NCBI GenBank assembly: GCA_032718475.1
Contig: JAUCBJ010001820.1
Location: forward strand, 1 to 45,785
Direction: 5' to 3'
Source of the DNA: Nemertoderma westbladi
Taxonomy: Eukaryota > Animalia > Xenacoelomorpha
Length of the DNA stretch: 45,785 nucleotides
Shown: one piece after another, positions 38,161-45,785 of the stretch
How the letters are laid out: each line of letters opens with the position of its first letter
How positions within the stretch are numbered: the first letter of the stretch is position 1
Notes under the pieces: generated by a model
What the model was told of the DNA's origin: nothing
The model's database searches: none
The model's input: only the letters and a program-made list of their open reading frames with translations
Position numbers and translations under genes: made by a program

Positions 38161-39378
38161 ATATAGAAACATGCCTAGATTTCTTTCAAAACAGTAGAGA
38201 GTAGACACGCTTCACGCAGTTGGGGTCTCGCACAAAGTTGAGAGAAGCCCATGGATGTATCCCGATGTATGTACAATTATTGTGTGTATATAAAAAGTAT
38301 TCCCCCTGTTTAAGCTATTCGCAAGCAGGTGCTTCGATATCACAAATCAACTAAGACACTTCACCCAATAGATAGATTTCTGTACACAAGCTTGACTAAA
38401 TAAAATAAATCATTGGATGCGTGTGTCTATACAGAAACAATTGAATGGGAATAAAGTATGATGTTTGAATAGTTGTATGTATGATTACATTCTAAATGAA
38501 TGTAATGTTATAATTGCCTAATGGGTAGCATGTGATATGTAACAAGGGTAACAGGCTTGTTGATCAGCCTTGTCATCATTATATAGCTGTCTCAGTGGGA
38601 TAACCAGCAAGTTACAGAGTGGGACAGGTAACAGGCTGGTAACAAGTGGGTGGGACATAAAAATACGGTTATTGATTATTAACCAATATTAATAATGGAT
38701 GTCACATTATATATCAATAGAAAGACCTTGATTGTCTCAAACTATGACAGTCCATCTATACTGCCGTCGTAGGGCAGAATACCCTATCTCAAAATTTTTG
38801 AAATTTATTATTATTCACACCGAATGAAACCAAGAAATACCATGGTTTATATGTAAGAAAGTCATATTTTGCGAGTTTAAAACACCCTATGCTTGTTCCT
38901 CAGCCCGGTCATATAATACTTGTCAGTTTAATTTTGTAACAGGCGGGAAATTTTGGGTAATTCTCGCTGATTTCAAGGTATTAAAAGTGGTGTATTCCGA
39001 GAAAACTCCGTAATGGATTAACCAGTTAATTAATTATTGAAGGTTACAATACAATATGCCTCATGGGACATATATTAACAACTTCCTCACTGAATTACTT
39101 TGTCTCACCAGTAGTGCTCAGTCTGTAGTTGTTTGACGATTGAAACGATTGAAACTTAATCATATTTATTTTACATTTATACTGCGTTTCTTGTGGTATA
39201 TAACACTATGGCCTTGTCGATAGACCTGGAAGCCATCGTGGTCGACAAACGACTGCTACTTCTTTACCTTTCTTAATCGCATTTTAGCGATTTTTTTGAC
39301 ATTACAGGTTAATTTTGGTTATTTTTTGTTGTAGGAGAAAAACATTTTAACTGTCCTTGAGGACAGTTAAATTCTCTA

Positions 39379-40550
39379 CTACTACTAGGTCGAGCGAACT
39401 CGGACAGTGGAAATGAGATCCTTCCAGGCTTCCCGATTCTCCATAGTTGTCGCAATTTCGTTTCTCCCAAGTTCAGTATCCCTTTCAAGTTGATCTATAT
39501 ATGTTATGGCCGGTCGTCCACGACTACGCTTTCCATGAGTTGGTTGCCAGAGAAGTAGATCTGGTATGACCTCGTCTTTACTTCGCCAGCAGTGCCCATT
39601 GAATCTTAATCTGCGTTCACGGAGGGTGGTTGATACAGGTGGTATTGTACCATAAAGCTCGGCGTTTGTCATGTGTTGTCTCCAGCTGATGTTTAGGGCT
39701 GCCCTTAGTAGTCTTGTGTAGCAACCATCAATTCGTTGTTCAAGTGATTTAGTCAGTGTCCAGGTCTCACTCCCGTATAAAAATACACTTTCCACTGTGG
39801 CTCGAAAGAACTTAGTCTTCAGGTGCCTGGAGAGATCTGATTTCCAGATGGTATCCATTTTTGATAGAGCTGCCCAAGCTTTGCTTTCCTAACTTCTATG
39901 TCCTTTTTGCTACTCTCTATCCATGATCCAAGGTACTGGAAGTCATCAACCTTCCTTAGTTGATTATTATCAATGGTTGTCAAGTTTCCATCAACATTAA
40001 AGGTCATGAATTCGGTCTTTGTAGCATTTATATGCAATCCAACCTCCTTAGCAGCCCTCTCCACTTTATTTAGTAGAAGCTGTGCATCTGCTAGGGTATT
40101 AGAGAGCAGGGCGATGTCATCCGCAAAGTCGGTGTCTGTGACTGTAGTTGCCGGATATCTACTACTTCTGCGTTCTTGAAGTGTGAATCCCAGATCTTCA
40201 CCCTTTGTGGCCGTCCTCATTGCGTAATCCAGCACAATTACAAATAGTAATGGTGCTAATGTGTCACCTTGTAGTACGCCAGCTAGGATTGAGAAAACCT
40301 CAGTTTCACCATCTGGTGAGAGTACATGCGCTTCTGTGTCACAATATAACAATCCAATGCCAGCAACAATTACTTCTGGTATTCCATAAGCTCTTAGGAT
40401 TTCAAGCATTTTACCTCTATGGATGGAGTCGAATGCCTTCTTGAAGTCCACAAAAGTCATGACAGCGGGGAGATTCTTTGACTTAATTCCTTCAATCAGT
40501 CTCCGTAGTGCAAGTATCTGAGCTATTGTTGATCCCTGATTATCCCCTGA
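39379..40550 (-). mobile_element. 5'-truncated RTE-clade LINE (second family) with one frameshift and a 12-bp TSD
   Basis: ORFs 39819..40460 (FVDFKKAFDS, QGDTLAP, DFADD, YLGSW) and 39385..39858 are joined by a 1-bp deletion near 39880. The stop TAG runs straight into the (TAG)n tail. TSD ttaaattctcta at 39367-39378 and 40551-40562. Confidence 0.95.
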
Positions 40551-40570
40551 TTAAATTCTCTAATTCTCTA

Positions 40571-40576
40571 TTTATT
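40571..40576 (-). promoter_or_regulatory. Candidate DCAF13 polyadenylation signal
   Basis: AATAAA on the minus strand in the short unique segment just beyond the stop-codon array. Confidence 0.4.
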
Positions 40577-40714
40577 CTCTAATTCCTCTATTTTTTTGCA
40601 CTTTACCATGTGAGATTGCACAAATTAGTGCCAAACTTATTAACTTTTGAAAATTTGTAACCAATTTGTCAAATGTTTTGTAGAATGAACCTTACCAATT
40701 CACACCAGTCGAGT

Positions 40715-42151
40715 CGCTACTCCAACATTCCCTCCACGGTTCCCTCCCGCTACTCCACCACTCCCACCCGCTACTCCACCACTCCCTCCCGCTACTCCAC
40801 CACTCCCACCCGCTACTCCACCACTCCCTCCCGCTACTCCACCACTCCCTCCCGCTACTCCACCACTCCCACCCGCTACTCCACCACTCCCACCCGCTAC
40901 TCCACCACTCCCTCCCGCTACTCCACCACTCCCTCCCGCTACTCCACCACTTCCTCCTGCTACTCAACCACTCCCTCCACGGTTCCCTCCCGCTACTCCA
41001 CCACTCCCTCCCGCTACTCCACCACTCCCTCCCGCTACTCCACCACTCCCACCCGCTACTCCACCACTCCCACCCGCTACTCCACCACTCCCTCCCGCTA
41101 CTCCACCACTCCCTCCCGCTACTCCACCACTTCCTCCTGCTACTCAACCACTCCCTCCACGGTTCCCTCCCGCTACTCCACCACTCCCACCCGCTACTCC
41201 ACCACTCCCTCCCGCTACTCCACCACTCCCTCCCGCTACTCCACCACTCCCTCCTGCTACTCAACCACTCCCTCCACGGTTCCCTCCCGCTACTCCACCA
41301 CTCCCACCCGCTACTCCACCACTCCCTCCCGCTACTCCACCACTCCCTCCCGCTACTCCACCACTCCCTCCCGCTACTCCACCACTCCCACCCGCTACTC
41401 CACCACTCCCACCCGCTACTCCACCACTCCCTCCCGCTACTCCACCACTCCCTCCCGCTACTCCACCACTCCCTCCTGCTACTCAACCACTCCCTCCACG
41501 GTTCCCTCCCGCTACTCCACCACTCCCACCCGCTACTCCACCACTCCCACCCGCTACTCCACCACTCCCTCCCGCTACTCCACCACTCCCTCCCGCTACT
41601 CCACCACTCCCACCCGCTACTCCACCACTCCCACCCGCTACTCCACCACTCCCTCCCGCTACTCCACCACTCCCTCCCGCTACTCCACCACTTCCTCCTG
41701 CTACTCAACCACTCCCTCCACGGTTCCCTCCCGCTACTCCACCACTCCCTCCCGCTACTCCACCACTCCCTCCCGCTACTCCACCACTCCCACCCGCTAC
41801 TCCACCACTCCCACCCGCTACTCCACCACTCCCTCCCGCTACTCCACCACTCCCTCCCGCTACTCCACCACTTCCTCCTGCTACTCAACCACTCCCTCCA
41901 CGGTTCCCTCCCGCTACTCCACCACTCCCACCCGCTACTCCACCACTCCCTCCCGCTACTCCACCACTCCCTCCCGCTACTCCACCACTCCCTCCTGCTA
42001 CTCAACCACTCCCTCCACGGTTCCCTCCCGCTACTCCACCACTCCCACCCGCTACTCCACCACTCCCTCCCGCTACTCCACCACCCCCCCCCCCGCTACT
42101 CCACCACTCCCTCCTGCTACTCAACCACTCCCTCCACGGTTCCCTCCCGCT
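40715..42151. repeat. 21/33-bp tandem array derived from the last codons and stop of DCAF13
   Basis: Minus-strand units cgggagggagtggtggagtag (REGVVE*) and cgggagggaaccgtggagggagtggttgagtag (REGTVEGVVE*, identical to the gene end). Contains 180-bp higher-order blocks. Confidence 0.95.
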
Positions 42152-43463
42152 CCGGTTTACTTGGCCGACTCCCCGGCCGACTATGCTTCCTCCTGCGATC
42201 CTCCTTCCTCCGTTGCGCCGCTCCGATATCCCGGAGCTCCCGACCCGCCCAGTAAACCGACTTCGGGACGTGGCGATGTCGGGCGATCCGTCGGATCTCC
42301 GGATGGTGTCTGAATCGCTCCCGCAACGCCGCACTGTACCGCAACGCGCGCTGCTCCCGGTAACTAGTAGCCCCGAGTTTCTCGGACCGTTCTGCCTTCC
42401 AAATACGGATGTTCATCTCGTCGGATGCGGAATAAATGAACTTATTATCCCCGGACCACCTAACCGCGGACACCAACTGCATCCGCTTAGTGTGGTAAAC
42501 CTCGCGACTAAAGCGCTGGTCCCACCCGAATATTCGTACGGTTTTATCGTAACCGCCGGAAACGAATTCCCTACCAGTCGGCGCGAAATCAACGTCGATT
42601 ACCGCGGAGACGTGATCCTTGTGGAGCTGCACGGGGGAGTCGAGACGACGGCAGTCGAACGAGTAGAGGTTGTAATCCTCGTTGGCTACCACGAACACGA
42701 ATGGTTCCATAGGGTTCCAACTCAACGCGTTGCTCTTCATCTTAAGGATGAGTTTACGAAGAGGGACTTTTCCTCGCGCGTCGTAAAGCGCGACGCTGCG
42801 ATCGGAGCCGAGACTGGCGAGTAGATGAACCTCGGAAGGGTTGAACTTGACGGCGTGTACAGAATCGGCGCCCCATTGGAAACTGCGAACTGAGTTTGAG
42901 CGATTCGAGTCCCATATATCAACACAATGGCCTCCGGTTGCGAATAAACTCTGTTCATAGTGGTGGTCCAGCCCCATGAAAGGAGACTTCCCGAGGATCG
43001 TATTCAAAGTCTCGATACTAGAGTCCATAGTGTCGAAATCCTCGGTTAATTTCCATAAACGTATTGATTTATCGTTGCCTGTGGATACGAGAAGATCTGG
43101 GTTCACGTTGCTCACCGCTAACCCGGATACGTGTCCTGTGTGAGCGGCGACGGTTGCTAGACAACGGCGACCCGGTACGGACCATCGCCGGATCTCGCCG
43201 TCAGCCGAGCCGCTGTACAGAGCGCTCAGCGACCGCGGGTGTTTCGCCAGGAGGTTTATTGAGTCGCGATGGCCGTCCAAAGATCCTACGAAGGGTTTCG
43301 CTAGGATCGCCTCGAGTTTCGTGGCGTTTAGCGCTCTAGTGTACTCGCGACCCACCTCGAACGGGTGCTGTGATGGGTCGTAATTCCGGGGTAGTTTGTG
43401 CAGGTCCAACTTCGTTTCGCGCAGATAATGATCCGGGTTACGGGAAATTACTTTTACTTTCAT
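42117..43463 (-). CDS. DCAF13: DDB1- and CUL4-associated factor 13 (SOF1/WDSOF1), WD40 SSU-processome protein, intronless, 448 aa
   Basis: MKVKVISRNPDHYLRETKLD, HPFEVGREYTRALNATKLE, WD40 repeats, SREVYHTKRMQ and the Sof1 C-terminus (HPEIRRIARHRHVPK). Start context accATG. Confidence 0.97.
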   Translation of the reverse strand: MKVKVISRNPDHYLRETKLDLHKLPRNYDPSQHPFEVGREYTRALNATKLEAILAKPFVGSLDGHRDSINLLAKHPRSLSALYSGSADGEIRRWSVPGRRCLATVAAHTGHVSGLAVSNVNPDLLVSTGNDKSIRLWKLTEDFDTMDSSIETLNTILGKSPFMGLDHHYEQSLFATGGHCVDIWDSNRSNSVRSFQWGADSVHAVKFNPSEVHLLASLGSDRSVALYDARGKVPLRKLILKMKSNALSWNPMEPFVFVVANEDYNLYSFDCRRLDSPVQLHKDHVSAVIDVDFAPTGREFVSGGYDKTVRIFGWDQRFSREVYHTKRMQLVSAVRWSGDNKFIYSASDEMNIRIWKAERSEKLGATSYREQRALRYSAALRERFRHHPEIRRIARHRHVPKSVYWAGRELRDIGAAQRRKEDRRRKHSRPGSRPSKPEREGTVEGVVE

Positions 43464-43667
43464 GGTTGTCTGGTTACGCAGTATCTAGCTGTCTAGTAAT
43501 GTCGGCTCTGATCAAGCAAGCGTGAAGCGTTAACAGCAGGATGGCTAAAACCTACGGTAATTAAAAAAAGCAAAATTATAAAACATAATAAATCGGCGAT
43601 TGCGGTCTGGATTCCGATTATTCCAAGTATAACTTAATGAATAGTTAATTAGAATTAATACATTCTT

Positions 43668-44026
43668 GACGGTCCGACGAATCTGTACAAAAAGTACAAA
43701 ATAGTACAATATAGAACAAAAGAGTACAATAAAGTGCAAAAATAGTAGGGCCTACAACTGTACAAAAGAGTGCAAAAATAGTACAAAAGAGTACAAACGA
43801 GTGAGAAACGCATACAAAACGTGTATACCAGTGTAGTCCACACTCCACACTACACTACACTTGTATATAAATAAAATCAATTGTAAGCAAATGCAACGGG
43901 ACCGAAATATGCGCCGCTACAGTGTCAATCACTAGCGGCAAGCGGCCTTGGTTCTGTGGTCAGTATGAAATGATTGACAGAACTTTGCTGTTTGATTCAT
44001 GTAGATTTTGACTGGCTTACAAGTAG
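43668..44026 (+). repeat. About 360-bp block upstream of DCAF13, duplicated at 44637-45480
   Basis: Both copies begin gacggtccgacgaatctgtacaaaa, share 11-bp gtacaaaagag/gtacaaaaata sub-repeats, and end ...gactggctta(cta)caagtag. Confidence 0.85.
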
Positions 44027-44261
44027 AAATAGGCTACAGTTCGTATAATACAATATAATGCAATAGCTGAATAGGGCCTACTATGCAGTGGGTAGATAAA
44101 ACTCCTATAACCAGATAACTGAGACTCAAAATTTAGGTCATAGTCTTAAAGTAGCCCAAGCCCATATACTGAAGGATAGACTGTATGCTACTGTACATTA
44201 TGTAGGCTATGTATGTCTGTATTTTTTTTTGTATTTTTGTTTGTCTGTATCTTTTGTACAA

Positions 44262-44550
44262 AGGGTTCCATCTTGGAGTAGTGGTTGCATTGAATTCACA
44301 TCTCCTGTAGGTCGTGAGTTCGATCCTCACATGGGCCAGGGCAGCTTTCGTTTCGGCACGAATGCTTTAAAGGGACCAGCCAGGGCGCATCTCTGCCTTG
44401 CATCCTTAAGTGGTAGCTAAATGAGTACTGGAGTTTCCTCTGGGGAGTAAAGTTCTGGGGGGACCGCACTGGAAATAAGTCGTCAGACTTTGTGCGTAAT
44501 CCCTGGCCTAGCGGCCGAAGAAAATTTACTTTTTTACTTTACCTTTTTTT
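44262..44550 (+). mobile_element. tRNA-derived SINE, copy 2
   Basis: Near-identical to 34982-35262; tail tttactttttactttacc. Confidence 0.9.
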
Positions 44551-44636
44551 ACTTTATGTACGCCTCTATCTGCGTTTCTCACTCACGTTTCTCACTCGTT
44601 TGTACTCGTTTGTACTATTTTTGCACTCTTTTGTAA

Positions 44637-45480
44637 GACGGTCCGACGAATCTGTACAAAAAAGTACAAAATAGTACAAAAGAGTACAATAAAGTACAAA
44701 AATAGTACAAAAGAGTGTAAAAATAGTACAAAAGAGTACAAACGAGTGAGAAAGGCATACAAAACATGTACACCAGTGTAGTCTACACTACAGCACTACA
44801 CTACATGCACTTGTATATAAATATAATTAATTGTAAGCAAATGCAACGGGACCGAAATACAGAAATATGCGCTGCTACAGTGTTCAGCGACTCAAAACAC
44901 ATCTTTTTGAAATTGCATATAATTAAACTCCAAAACATGAACTCTCTAATTATTTTATTCCAACTCTAGATATTCAATCAACTCTCCAAAAACTGTAAAC
45001 TTCTTTTAATTTGTTCTTCATGCGTTTTTTAGTGTTTGTGTTCATTTTATTACCCCATCGCTCGTTTTTATTGTTTCAGTACGTCCGTCAACTACACTTT
45101 TTAACTATGCTAATTAATTTTTTTATTACATATTTTTTACTGTACGTTTCATTTACGGCGAGTATATATATCAATTTGTACTGTATGTACCACTTTTTAA
45201 CGATTGTAATAACTTTTAGTCATCTCGAACTGCACGTTTTATCGTTAGTGACGACTATAATTTTTTAATTTCTGTACTACTTGCACTGCTAGTTTTAATG
45301 TTATATTGCTTGTGACGTAAGCGCCTTAGCATACTTCTATTGTTGTAAATTCGGCGCTATACAAATGCATCATCATTATTATTATTATTATTATCACTAG
45401 CGGCCTTGGTTCTATGGTCAGTATGAAATGATTGACAGAACTTTGATTCATGTAGATTTTGACTGGCTTACTACAAGTAG
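44637..45480 (+). repeat. Second copy of the 43668-44026 block, split by an L2 fragment
   Basis: Matches copy 1 over 44637-44884 and about 45393-45480. Confidence 0.85.
44885..45393 (+). mobile_element. 3' fragment of an L2/CR1-group LINE
   Basis: Starts QRLKTHLFEIAYN* (44885-44926), the typical LKTHLF ORF2 terminus. An AT-rich 3' UTR follows, then gtaagcgcc...ggcgctatacaaat and an (ATT)n tail. Absent from the paralogous block at about 43926. Confidence 0.8.
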
Positions 45481-45785
45481 CACATAGAGAAACTACTGCG
45501 TAAGAGCCAAAACGGATTTCGACCAAGTAGATCAACAATAGCTCAGATACTTGCACTACGGAGACTGATTGAAGGAATTAAGTCAAAGAATCTCCCCGCA
45601 GTCATGACTTTTGTGGACTTCAAGAAGGCATTCGACTCCATCCATAGAGGTAAAATGCTTGAAATCCTAAGAGCTTATGGAATACCAGAAGTAATTGTTG
45701 CTGGCATTGGATTGTTATACAGTATTGTGACACAGAAGCGCAGGTACTCTCACCAGATGGTGAAACTGAGTTTTTCTCAATCCTG
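45481..45785 (+). mobile_element. 5'-truncated RTE copy (same family as 39379-40550), runs off the window end
   Basis: HIEKLLRKSQNGFRPSRSTIAQILALRRLIEG...FVDFKKAFDS. 45530-45785 is the reverse complement of about 40284-40534 with 3 substitutions and a 5-bp insertion. Confidence 0.93.

Noticed and set aside
40673-42313. 546-aa Ser/Thr/Pro mucin-like ORF, and the 437-aa WWSSGRE ORF
   Set aside because: Antisense and alternative-frame readings of the DCAF13 stop-codon array.
42002-43339. Short ORFs overlapping DCAF13
   Set aside because: Shadow ORFs expected in GC-rich coding sequence.

Overview
AT-rich animal (probably invertebrate) nuclear DNA, roughly half of it tandem repeats; nothing prokaryotic and no CRISPR array. 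There are two host genes. (1) A + strand multi-exon acid sphingomyelinase-like phosphodiesterase (SMPDL3A/B family). Seven exons (9470-28440) splice in phase into 439 aa with a GPI-signal-like C-terminus, but the catalytic GNHD motif reads GSRD. (2) An intronless DCAF13/SOF1 on the - strand (42117-43463). Mobile DNA comprises four RTE-clade LINE pieces with (TAG)n tails where the 3' end is in view, an L2 3' fragment, two copies of a tRNA-derived SINE, and two tRNA-like elements bounded by related terminal inverted repeats. The most striking pattern is that tandem arrays are built from gene boundary signals themselves: an exon donor (about 47 copies), an exon acceptor (19 copies), the DCAF13 stop codon, and probably the exon-1 donor (over 100 copies). 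Comparing paralogous copies also reveals several TA->TACAGTA and TAG(G)CCTA insertions that look like DNA-transposon excision footprints. All alignments, counts and coordinates were done by eye.
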